A DNA stretch of 64,000 nt from a virus. This document shows, piece by piece, positions 57,001-64,000 of the stretch. A program made the translations under genes and the position numbers. The first letter of the stretch is position 1, and every line of letters starts with the position of its first letter. The stretch is taken from positions 32,001 through 96,000 of the IMG/VR virus record IMGVR_UViG_3300034095_001343, one strand, 5' to 3'. The notes under the pieces were generated by a model. That model saw nothing but the letters and a program-made list of their open reading frames with translations. It ran no database searches and had not been told where the DNA came from.

Positions 57001-57241
57001 CATACCATTGATCAGCTCTTTTATGAATAAATCCAATTATAGTATATGGTACAATACCACACTGAAGATTTGCGGGTTCATTACCTATAACTCCAGTATC
57101 CCCATCAACTGAATTATTATATGCATTTCTTGCATGTGACCAATTTTCTTTTGGTTGAAATGAAGCAAATAAATCCTTCACCATACCTTTTATAAAGCTA
57201 TTAGTATCTATAGATGATGAATTTGAATATTGTTTAGCCAT
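51071..57241 (-). CDS. Tail muzzle / stabilization protein (crAss-like) with vWA insertion
   Basis: F.KGM.KD...A.N, CLNF, IYW.D..NP.R, RDEVYSF, IRHHKMP, FHSPE, GDTY, WTVSY...WISFHDW and LWRHN-like motifs. vWA DTSGS at ~52620. Confidence 0.8.
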   Translation of the reverse strand: MAKQYSNSSSIDTNSFIKGMVKDLFASFQPKENWSHARNAYNNSVDGDTGVIGNEPANLQCGIVPYTIIGFIHKRADQWYVFSTDDTNSEIGFYDESTCSYTTIVNNPCLNFNRKYLIIGASKENYDCTWQIYWDDSNNPSRTLNADDIPWVQQVVSPPGADCVIYADTDVLDCERLRLAPVVDTPCIKLTRAQDGGLLRNGTYQAFLAYVENDQVVTDYIGISNLQSLFNHDNNAGSLNIEITNLDKDYFYYQLVILSNNQQNIVAKVIGTYSTEQSVISLDYIDPATVSVDFTVLFTRKPAYEKSDAMYVVNDYLIRQGPTEQFDFNYQPIANQIQVQWVVAEYPQSYYYKGGNKTSFLRDEVYSFFIRWIYNTGEKSKSYHIPGRPPRLAGEDQYGNVVNEIGLSGGINTIDGPNYNFEIFNTATIISLATQTLPDGGIIVGRGDLAYWQSTEIYPASKPEIWNSTYVDPNTGVNIGGTTNQQFDLCGKPIRHHKMPTEEKSPVLGLYNQSSDSIRILGVDFRNIGRPKFNDGTYIPNVVGYEILRGSREGAKSILAKGVFRNMREYTIPQGQNNIQGLYPNYPYNDLRPDIYFHDGASGVGPAKRTDGCDDLTNSVASFLPITGYSQSVFTFHSPELMFKRPFLNAYEARIYGQLSGQSEGYFIASEQHPQYKLLRNVAAILSGIIGIGYAINAIQGVRKDKINYAFPTWEAGNASSWTFAGPAGAGLTLPQQTANVLLATPIITAINTLGNPGEILTDSAFAVGALLAGTGVRQLANTQQATVQSLLGLSPLIRGGSLEKEFNLDSNTGGLPSLIQGLLGAYTARQKIAEGAQEIIDLMYNFVQPSDFAFKHNSHADIFNYASTIFGNRYRSRIKEQNYIGSAFQIFDSQYKINNLFRPKTVAISIANTFNDPTVTDVSRYVIGGGYNATATSIVPSNNFLETPGVSRLTDVSMLYGALKFNFQNQYGQIEGIKQVPMRGCINFLDPTKPDIFKYRSEIFFSGDTYVGRYTEKVIMPIFSDFLFGQPDGYTYNYLKRVNIPYPRFWMNTQKFDTTKLADAIMTLGISSALNTGSADGLLPNDLYYLDRGNSCNVFATLFSGNDPNPKFAMRYAYMYTHCNGVLDFFTESEINLVQRDWEDRKKDRHYDSYEYNNVDDLFDAEIIKEDNFYKYDYSLSASRFVTNLTSFGEIQTRDYNPQIAETCFDYYPKRLIYSLQAQEEAKKDFWRVFLPNNYKDFKDKVSVIKPINKNGAIIFFPYQSPQMFQGVDTLQTDLGTKITIGDGGLFEQPFQNVANSDLPNEYGSCESARTIINTPLGLFYLSQAQGKVFQYADGLENIANRGMKWWFNKYLPSVLIREFPELEETPLADNTVIGVGCQAVYDINDDIVYFCKKDYSVKPQYKSGMRFDPVSYRFIYTYPSGLEISIELGDPFYFDDACWTVSYDPKSKAWISFHDWCPELTIPSINHFLTTKTINSEEPYCPPGYAYNPSTGDCEKLIDESAPAVVTVDQIEALITGGPQECLIDVIIAVDTSGSTGGPGGPTNPIGQAELTFVTEFINNSNIQSGLIGGFIQIGITSWSNVVPPVLNNVSMNPNGFSMSNTLTATQVNTWLTANWQMGGTEIPPALAFAENRLNAKVSSQLGDRSSLPNFRQYIILVTDTNTYPGLDVGCGYQSSTLGGSCVGPAKQFVMAVYASPNNPPIPTAGYLEEITCDQPQLQFAVSGVDLPGIAVVAEAVIEKTCGENYECNCPPGYTLVYPSTATPPIRWTLANGECFPNGQGTYAPICRKVTCNCPPPPVPWAQTTTTGQCDNLYLTGPNGDPDYINMNPLICNYFSLETTPPSFRVGSIWRHNYRCDLYANYYGDDYPWEVELIENTGQIVNTVRSVEYQLESYVYKGDLYHGCGDDRWHDLDFNFDEAILYNTEQVSGLLRLELNPKEDPYNILQYPIIGTSDIRILYSKEEQKYRFNQFWDITNDRGEFTNSEQEIFITRLNGYIRDLNANNLNYQKPEEQRKKLRHYYNKLILRRKNSGNRKMLLKLNNTKLLLSLR

Positions 57242-57249
57242 AATAAATA

Positions 57250-58134
57250 TTATCCAATAACAGGGTAACTCTTAAACATGTTATAATAGTTATGATATTG
57301 AGCTCTTCTATTCATCCACCATACTTCATATAATTCTCTAAAATCAGGTGTATTCACAAAACTTAAAGCATTATTTCTAGATGCTCTAAGTCTTTGCTCA
57401 ATCAGTGTCATTTGATTACTAACATTTTCTCCAGCAAAAAGCATATTTTCAAGAATACGTTGTTTTAAAGCATATTCATAATATTCATTACAGTAAGGCT
57501 GATCTAATACCAACAAATTACCGTCATTATCTTCCATAGCTCCTTGATAGCTGATATAAACCTTTCCTGTTGTAAAAGATGTAAGAATAAAACCATCTTT
57601 AATTTCAGCAATATCAGAAGCTTGTTCATTTACATTTGGACAATCGCATGTGTATTTATTGACTGTTCTTATTCTTAAAGGTACAAACGCTGTAAAGGTT
57701 CTCCATGTATGCTCACCAATTCTTTGAATTAATTGATACGCATTTTTGTCATTACATGTCTTTATAACACAAACATCTCTACATTCAGGATCTTCACATG
57801 GTCCTGACTCACCTGGAGCTGGTACATAAGGTACATCGTTGAATGTTTCAATATGAGTACCACTAGGCATTCTATCCGCAATGCTATAACTACCACATCT
57901 AAATGCATAGTTTAAGAAAGCAAAATCATAAGGAAGTCTAGCTTTACCATGTTCAATATCTAAAACAACTTCTTTGGTTCTATGTATTCTCAAGCCAAGA
58001 TCATAGTTAACCCTTGTTGCTACTTTAATAAGTTGCCCCGGATCTATAAAGCCTTCAATATTATATGTAGCAAAATCAACAACTACATCATTATAAAGCT
58101 GATCAAAAGTTCTATATTTATGTGATATACTCAT
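57250..58134 (-). CDS. Tail ring (tubular) protein, P22 gp4-like
   Basis: HGKARLP.DF...GFI.TSF..GKVYISY......D.NLL..D motifs, immediately upstream of the muzzle gene. Confidence 0.7.
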   Translation of the reverse strand: MSISHKYRTFDQLYNDVVVDFATYNIEGFIDPGQLIKVATRVNYDLGLRIHRTKEVVLDIEHGKARLPYDFAFLNYAFRCGSYSIADRMPSGTHIETFNDVPYVPAPGESGPCEDPECRDVCVIKTCNDKNAYQLIQRIGEHTWRTFTAFVPLRIRTVNKYTCDCPNVNEQASDIAEIKDGFILTSFTTGKVYISYQGAMEDNDGNLLVLDQPYCNEYYEYALKQRILENMLFAGENVSNQMTLIEQRLRASRNNALSFVNTPDFRELYEVWWMNRRAQYHNYYNMFKSYPVIG

Positions 58135-58799
58135 TATCTATGTGGATTAATTTTATTATCAGAATCTTCTGAAGGTATTCTTAATGTATTAGTCATAATA
58201 CTTAAAACTTGACCTTCTATTTCCGCAAGTAAAGATTCTGGAATATTTACGTCTTGCATATAGTGGGGTATACAGTTATCGTCACACTGCCAATTAGATA
58301 TATCTGAATCAAACACTGCTTCAATTCTTACAGCATCCCATTCTAAATTTGGAAAATATAAATAATGATCTATGAACCAAAAGTATTTTGATTTATTATA
58401 TCTAAATGAAGTTGTTTTAGACATTGCAAGATAAGTTGAAGGTTGGATAGGTTGCAATTCTTCAGAACCATCAATTGATGATACAATTCTAATCAGAGGA
58501 CCCCAATAACCTTCAATCATATCAGGTAATTTTTCTTTAGTTCTCATAAAAGTACAACCACTTTTAATACCTGAACATTGTGCTTCTACTCTATCTACTT
58601 CTATTAATTCAACATAAGGTAAAGATTTCCATATTGAATTAAACTTCATTAGCTTATTTAAGCTGTCTTGTCTTCTCATTAAGACTTGAGCAAATTTTTG
58701 AACAAGACTATAAATGTATCTATCAGTTGTAAAAGCATCTTGACTTTCAGCTTTTACCTGACCTCTAACTCTTGATATTACATCCGCAATTGTTGCCAT
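58134..58799 (-). CDS. Tail ring (tubular) protein
   Basis: TI..VISRVR...D.F.TDR.I, C...RT..KLP, Y.W....YLYFPN...V.IEA.F, ending P.EDSDN. Confidence 0.7.
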   Translation of the reverse strand: MATIADVISRVRGQVKAESQDAFTTDRYIYSLVQKFAQVLMRRQDSLNKLMKFNSIWKSLPYVELIEVDRVEAQCSGIKSGCTFMRTKEKLPDMIEGYWGPLIRIVSSIDGSEELQPIQPSTYLAMSKTTSFRYNKSKYFWFIDHYLYFPNLEWDAVRIEAVFDSDISNWQCDDNCIPHYMQDVNIPESLLAEIEGQVLSIMTNTLRIPSEDSDNKINPHR

Positions 58800-58827
58800 A
58801 TTTTTAATTATTAATGTGCCAAAACTA

Positions 58828-59358
58828 TTATTTTTCAGGAGTTTTGGCGGAATATAAATGAGCCACTCTATACTTATTCTTCATAAAAATATACTTAGTC
58901 CAGTTTTCAGGATATTCTTTAGCAACACTTCTTTTAAAATCTCTTAGTGCTTCAAATCTCCATAGCTCACGATTTTTAAACTTATATTTGGTAGACCAAT
59001 TTGTATAGAAAATCTTTCCTATATTACCATCGGTATCCCAGTTTTTATTTTGCAATACTTTTCCGTACTGCTTAGAAAGAGAATAATTAGTATTTACAGA
59101 CTTACTAGGTTTACATGTTCCAATAAACAAATAACCTAATGAATCCGGTAATTCTACACCATCTCTATATTTAATTACACCCTGCCACACTTTTTTATTG
59201 AATATTCTAATTATACTTTTAAGTTTATCATTATCAATATTTTCATACATGGGATATTTATCTTTAAAATCCTTTATTGTTTTACTGTTTAATAGCCCTA
59301 ATCTTTTTTCTCTATATCTTGGAGCATTTAAATCTGGGTTTTTAAAGTTATTTATCAT
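58828..59358 (-). CDS. IHF/HU-like DNA-binding protein (crAss-like)
   Basis: Basic protein with II..FN......I.....VELP..LG.L.I and W.F...R.FKR..A, adjacent to the ring genes as in crAss-like phages. Confidence 0.6.
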   Translation of the reverse strand: MINNFKNPDLNAPRYREKRLGLLNSKTIKDFKDKYPMYENIDNDKLKSIIRIFNKKVWQGVIKYRDGVELPDSLGYLFIGTCKPSKSVNTNYSLSKQYGKVLQNKNWDTDGNIGKIFYTNWSTKYKFKNRELWRFEALRDFKRSVAKEYPENWTKYIFMKNKYRVAHLYSAKTPEK

Positions 59359-59373
59359 ATAGTTGTTATTTAT

Positions 59374-59382
59374 AATTTACAA
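59374..59382 (-). promoter_or_regulatory. Putative late promoter motif TTGTAAATT
   Basis: TTTTTTGTAAATTATA, 15 nt before ATG 59358. Confidence 0.4.
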
Positions 59383-59406
59383 AAAATTAAACACTTAAAA
59401 AAATCT

Positions 59407-60585
59407 TTATATTGAATAAACTAGTTCGCATATAGTTCCTTTTGTAAATGACTGAAGTTCAAGAACTGCAGATCTTCTATTTCCTACATATTTATTATGA
59501 TAATGATAATAATCTGTCTTGCATAAACTAGGTAAAGTTTTATGAATAAAACCAACTTCTTCGGATGTTGTTATATACTCAACTTTTCTATTTTGATGAT
59601 AATGACCTGTAAATAAAGTTCTAAACCTTGTATAACCCCACATCTGAGAAAACTCTGTAGCATAAACAAGCGGTGTACTTTTAGATTTTACATCACCATG
59701 TTCAAACGCATTAAAGTTTTCTCCCCATATGTAAGCTTTTCTTTCAGAATATTCTACATCCCATTCAACATTATCTGCTTCAATTGATTTTGATAAAGCA
59801 TGTGCCAAATGAAAAGAAGAAAGTCTATCATGATTTCCAGGCATATAGACTACAACTAATTTGTCACAAAAATTAGCTAAATTTGTTACAGCCCAATGCA
59901 TAGAATCAAACGCTTGAATATAGGCATCCGTTGCTTTCATTGAGTTTTCAAGCTGTGTTCCAGAAGTTGTAGTTCCTGAAAAAGTATCCATATTTATAAG
60001 ATCTCCTCCAATAACAAAATACAATACTTCAATATGATGAGATGAAGATGCTCTTACAATAAGATCTTCTAAAGCTTGTTCAAAATCTATATCAATTGTT
60101 TTGTTACCTTCTTTTCCAAAATGAATATCTTGTAATGACATTATTCCGCAGACAGTAGGTAACTTATTAGTTACATTTAAACTGCTTGTAATATAATTTT
60201 TTCTGGGTTTCCAATTCTTAAGAAGCTCTTTAAAAAGACGTCCTTCATCATTTTCTTTAATCTTTGTAACAAGAGCTGAAACTCTCCAACCATTTTGAAC
60301 CTGTTTGTTCCAATATGAAGAAAGCTTCCAATCATTTATATTAATGTTTAAAAGCTTTATAATTTCTTCAGGTGATTTTGGTTCATGATTAATAAAAGTT
60401 TCAAACTTTATTTCACCTTTATCAAGATCAAAATGTTTAGAAGTTTTTTTATTAATACTTTTAGATTTAAGTTTTTTCTTAATGGATTTGTATAAATCTA
60501 TTGATATACCCAATCTGTTTGCACAATACTCAGGACTTTTTTTCCACATTAATGATTGTGAAATACGTTTTTCTAAAACAGTCAT
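59407..60585 (-). CDS. Calcineurin-like metallophosphoesterase
   Basis: DIHFG, GGDL.N, PGNHD, HGD and GHYH motifs, with a short HTH-like N-terminus. Confidence 0.88.
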   Translation of the reverse strand: MTVLEKRISQSLMWKKSPEYCANRLGISIDLYKSIKKKLKSKSINKKTSKHFDLDKGEIKFETFINHEPKSPEEIIKLLNININDWKLSSYWNKQVQNGWRVSALVTKIKENDEGRLFKELLKNWKPRKNYITSSLNVTNKLPTVCGIMSLQDIHFGKEGNKTIDIDFEQALEDLIVRASSSHHIEVLYFVIGGDLINMDTFSGTTTSGTQLENSMKATDAYIQAFDSMHWAVTNLANFCDKLVVVYMPGNHDRLSSFHLAHALSKSIEADNVEWDVEYSERKAYIWGENFNAFEHGDVKSKSTPLVYATEFSQMWGYTRFRTLFTGHYHQNRKVEYITTSEEVGFIHKTLPSLCKTDYYHYHNKYVGNRRSAVLELQSFTKGTICELVYSI

Positions 60586-60629
60586 TTTTATTATTTTAGA
60601 TTTGTTTGTAAATATAATATATATTTATT

Positions 60630-60659
60630 AAAAAAAAGAGGTCCCATTACTAGGACCTC
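60630..60659 (-). terminator. Rho-independent terminator
   Basis: GAGGTCC (60638-60644)/GGACCTC (60653-60659) stem followed on the minus strand by T8. Confidence 0.8.
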
Positions 60660-60709
60660 CCCCAACGAGTGTGATAGAAAACCAACAAACTACCACTTTA
60701 GTTGCATCT

Positions 60710-61273
60710 TTAAAGAAGTGTAGTGATTAAAATTTCTACACTTTCACATACTAAAACTCCATACGAGGACACAAGTTTAATTTTATATTGAGTTGCAGGA
60801 GTAAGATTTGCTAATTGATAAGTTAAAACTGTAGGAGCTATAGGAATGGCATTTGCCAGTACCCAACCTGATGGTGATGCTACTGTATCATAATAAACAC
60901 TAATACCTGTTGTTAAAGAGGATTCATCATTCCACAACACCGTTACCTTAGTATTTGTGATATTTGTTGCATATACATTATAAGGAGCATGATGAACATT
61001 ATCTGCGTTGCAAGCACCAAATCCATTTATAACAATTAATGAAAGTTTTTGAAGAATCATATCTAGTCTATCTCCTTCATTAATTTGAAAGATATTAGTT
61101 CCATCTACAATTCTAAAACTAGTACCGCAGTAACTAACACACTCAGCACACTGAATATCATCACATCTTTCACTACCTATGCTACAATCAGTGTAAGAGC
61201 ATGGTGTATGAAGTGCTGAATCTGCACAACCACAAGGTTTATTTGGATTACATTTACTACAATTACAAGACAT
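60710..61273 (-). CDS. Cys-rich plus FN3-domain virion protein
   Basis: N-terminal CxCxxC...CxxCVxYCG region, then the FN3 signature APYNV.ATNIT.T.VTV.W...Y.L.NLTPATQY.I. Confidence 0.7.
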   Translation of the reverse strand: MSCNCSKCNPNKPCGCADSALHTPCSYTDCSIGSERCDDIQCAECVSYCGTSFRIVDGTNIFQINEGDRLDMILQKLSLIVINGFGACNADNVHHAPYNVYATNITNTKVTVLWNDESSLTTGISVYYDTVASPSGWVLANAIPIAPTVLTYQLANLTPATQYKIKLVSSYGVLVCESVEILITTLL

Positions 61274-61295
61274 AATTTTTTTTATTTATTTAAAA

Positions 61296-64000
61296 TTAAA
61301 AACCGCAATCTCCACATCCTGTTATCAATGCTGGTGAAGAAACAGGTGCTGTATAATCTACACTTGAAAAAATTTCTTTTTCAGAAATAATTTCACCACA
61401 AGTCAATCCAGCAATAGGATCAGTAAAGCTCCAAAACTCTCCAATCACAGGTAAAGAACTAGCTAACCAATCAACCCTAATAATAGCACCAGTATTACAA
61501 TCAAGCATTCTATAACCATCTAAAGTAAGCAGTGTACTAGGATATGTACCAGTACAATCTTGAATAGCTAATGTAAGTTGATTATTAAATTGTTCATCTT
61601 GATTACTACTAATATGAGTATACGTTAAAGCTTTTTCTATGTTGTTTAAATAAACCAACCAACCATACTGATATAAACCAAAAATTGTATTCCCGCCAGT
61701 AGTTACAAAACCACTGTATGGATTTGAAGCAGATGGAACTAAACCTTGCATTAAGTATCCTGTAACATCAACTACAGTTTCAATACCATATTCAGCAGGA
61801 GGAATCATTTCTCCAGTGTATGCAGCTAATGCATGCAAAATCATTGCAGCATCTGCACTTGTACTACCTTTAACTGTAAAAGGATTTAATACAGCACTAA
61901 ATCCATCAGGATATTGATCTACAGTAATATTTAATGCTTGAGCCCAAGTACTTGTTTGAGTACCTGTAATTGCATCTATAAAAGCATCATAATCATCTTC
62001 ATATAGTGAGGATGGTTGACCGGTAAATCCAGAAGCTAATGTTGTAGCATGATAATCTACAGCAGCTATATTAACAAAATTAATAAGAAAAGCACCATCT
62101 TTATACTGTGGCCCAGATCCTGTCCACAAAGGAGGTAAATTTTGTAAAGCTACCCAAGCTGGATCTGTATCTAATGTTGCACTAGCACCATCATCTACAA
62201 TAGATTTCTGATAACCTAAATACTTACTATCGGCAACAGGAATAAAATATATATCTCCTACATATCCAAATAGTGTATTCCATTCTGCGGCAAGATTAGT
62301 TAATCCAACTTGAATTTCTTGACCTTCTGTAGCACTATAACTTCCTGTATCAATAAAAGCATAAATAGGTTGATTCTCCCATAAAAGAGATACTTCACAA
62401 GGAATTATTTGAATTTGAATTGTTGCAGTAGCCTGTTCACATACACCAAGTACTGAAGGTACAAGAGTTACTCCAAAAGTATCTCCATATTGACCAGGAA
62501 CAGTATTTGTATAAGTAAACTCATTTGAAACAGAACTACTTTGAGTAAGAAGTCCATTAACAGGAATCGCACTAATTGTCATATTAGGAGATCCCTCACC
62601 TAACAAATAGGGTACTCTAAAAGTTGTTGATCCGCTTTCATTGCAGAATATTTGAATAGTATCTGTTGAAATAAAAGCAGGACAAACACAACATTCTACT
62701 ACAGAACTTGCTGCAGTTCCTGGAGTAAATGTATCCTTCCAACCGGCATAAATATAAACTGTATTTCCGGATCTTATATATTTGCCTACATAATACCATT
62801 TGCTGTTAACACCTCCTCCAAATACATTATAATTTGTTCCATCACAAGAAAGCACTTGAGTTGCAACTTCAACACCTGTAGGACATGTTCCTGGAATTGA
62901 ACCATTATCACATTGTGTAACAGATGGATTAGCTAAAAGTGTCCAATAGTCTGTTGCAAAATCATATCTATAAATTAAATATTCTGTGCTACCTACAGTA
63001 CATTGAGTTTTTGCTCTAAAGTAAACAGAACCTGATGTTGCACCTGTTGCAATATTTCTTGTACCAGGACCTGCAGTCAAATTAGGACTCCAAGAAATAC
63101 CATCAAGACTATAGTTTGTTGTAATTGCGGTACCACCAATTGAGTAATTAAGATCAACCGTAATAACGCCAGATATACTAATACTTAAGTTTGTAGCAAG
63201 AGGAGCATCACAAGTAACAGTACCTGAAGTTCCTACAACAATTTGTTGAGTAATTGGATTGTACCAATAAGGAGTTTTTACATCACCACCAGGTGCCTCA
63301 TGCCCCAAATAAATATCACTTACTCCATTTACACTACTAGTGCTAGCAGTAAAATAATTTACACAAGTTGAACCAGGTACAGCTACAGCTATAGGAGTAC
63401 ATGTTCTAACAGAGGCTCCTTGAGAAACTGTAACAATAATATTATATGTTCTACCAGGTATTGCTCCACCAAATGTATGGGCTACTGTAGTAGAAGGACT
63501 TGTTATTGTAGTGCTTCCCAAACTTGCTCCAGTAGTTGTATCAATTGCAACAATTGTATATGTTACACCTGTTCCTAATGCATTTGTAAAAGTTACATTA
63601 ATATCAGTAAGAATAGGTGTAGCAGAAATAGAAGTTGGACAAGGAATATTTAAAGGAACAATAGTTGTTTGTAAATTAGAGCACTGACTTGTTCCATCGG
63701 TAACACAAAATGGTACACTTAAAACTAATGATGCAAGTGTGTTTAAACTAGCTACACTTACAGTAACACCAAGAGGATCGTTGGATAATGCTGTTACATT
63801 TAAAGATTGTGTTATAGATGAGCCGTTTGAATCTGTAATAGTAATTATAGTATTTCCACCACAATCATTAAATCCTGATGGAATATTTGAGCTTGTAAAA
63901 TTCAAATTTAAAGCTTCTACAACACCATCTCCGTTTGAATCAATTGTTGTATAAGAAACACTAAATATTACACCATCACAACCAACATCGCAACAGTTGT
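61296..64000 (-). CDS. Large Cys/Thr-rich virion protein with FN3/Ig-like domains (5' end outside window)
   Basis: The frame stays open to the window edge (NCCDVGCDG...). FN3-like repeats (CP...T.I.VTF...Y.I...F....PG.TY.I.V). Confidence 0.7.
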   Translation of the reverse strand, partial: NCCDVGCDGVIFSVSYTTIDSNGDGVVEALNLNFTSSNIPSGFNDCGGNTIITITDSNGSSITQSLNVTALSNDPLGVTVSVASLNTLASLVLSVPFCVTDGTSQCSNLQTTIVPLNIPCPTSISATPILTDINVTFTNALGTGVTYTIVAIDTTTGASLGSTTITSPSTTVAHTFGGAIPGRTYNIIVTVSQGASVRTCTPIAVAVPGSTCVNYFTASTSSVNGVSDIYLGHEAPGGDVKTPYWYNPITQQIVVGTSGTVTCDAPLATNLSISISGVITVDLNYSIGGTAITTNYSLDGISWSPNLTAGPGTRNIATGATSGSVYFRAKTQCTVGSTEYLIYRYDFATDYWTLLANPSVTQCDNGSIPGTCPTGVEVATQVLSCDGTNYNVFGGGVNSKWYYVGKYIRSGNTVYIYAGWKDTFTPGTAASSVVECCVCPAFISTDTIQIFCNESGSTTFRVPYLLGEGSPNMTISAIPVNGLLTQSSSVSNEFTYTNTVPGQYGDTFGVTLVPSVLGVCEQATATIQIQIIPCEVSLLWENQPIYAFIDTGSYSATEGQEIQVGLTNLAAEWNTLFGYVGDIYFIPVADSKYLGYQKSIVDDGASATLDTDPAWVALQNLPPLWTGSGPQYKDGAFLINFVNIAAVDYHATTLASGFTGQPSSLYEDDYDAFIDAITGTQTSTWAQALNITVDQYPDGFSAVLNPFTVKGSTSADAAMILHALAAYTGEMIPPAEYGIETVVDVTGYLMQGLVPSASNPYSGFVTTGGNTIFGLYQYGWLVYLNNIEKALTYTHISSNQDEQFNNQLTLAIQDCTGTYPSTLLTLDGYRMLDCNTGAIIRVDWLASSLPVIGEFWSFTDPIAGLTCGEIISEKEIFSSVDYTAPVSSPALITGCGDCGF

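Noticed and set aside
1-64000. Stop-codon reassignment (TAG or TGA), known in some crAss-like phages
   Set aside because: Genes up to 15 kb are intact in the standard code with high coding density. TGA and TAG both serve as real stops (e.g. TGA at 7332, TAG at 2107 and 15460).
1-64000. CRISPR array, tRNA or rRNA genes
   Set aside because: No regularly spaced repeats were seen, and the intergenic gaps are short with no cloverleaf recognisable by eye. tRNAscan-SE was not run.

Overview
AT-rich fragment of a lytic crAss-like (Crassvirales-related) phage genome, most likely infecting a Bacteroidota/Flavobacteriia host. Supporting signs are a virion RNA polymerase with a DFDID motif, muzzle and ring-type tail genes, an IHF-like gene, TAnnTTTG-type promoter elements, A-rich starts without Shine-Dalgarno sites, and a Flavobacterium-type RNR. 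Positions 1-5408 (+) hold the end of a small-gene and nucleotide-metabolism block: MazG-like, HNH, dNMP kinase, HAD, DUF932-like. Nearly everything from 5405 to the end is a minus-strand late/structural region. Read in transcription order it contains Cys-rich FN3 virion proteins, a metallophosphoesterase, an IHF-like protein, two ring proteins, a 2056-aa muzzle protein with a vWA insert, three cargo-type proteins, three large ejection proteins (1027, 5139 and 1909 aa), then membrane/lysis genes, tail fibres and many tiny Lys-rich proteins. A plus-strand nrdB(intein)-nrdA island interrupts it at 15266-19152. The most unusual signal is a short recurring [MKYR]-[QKRA]-x-G-G / [AY]-Q-x-G peptide motif. 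It punctuates the cargo-type proteins and two tiny basic proteins and brackets apparently swappable modules, one of them ADP-ribosyltransferase-like. This suggests a motif-directed packaging or proteolytic-processing system for injected effectors. All family assignments come from motif recognition by eye; no searches were run.
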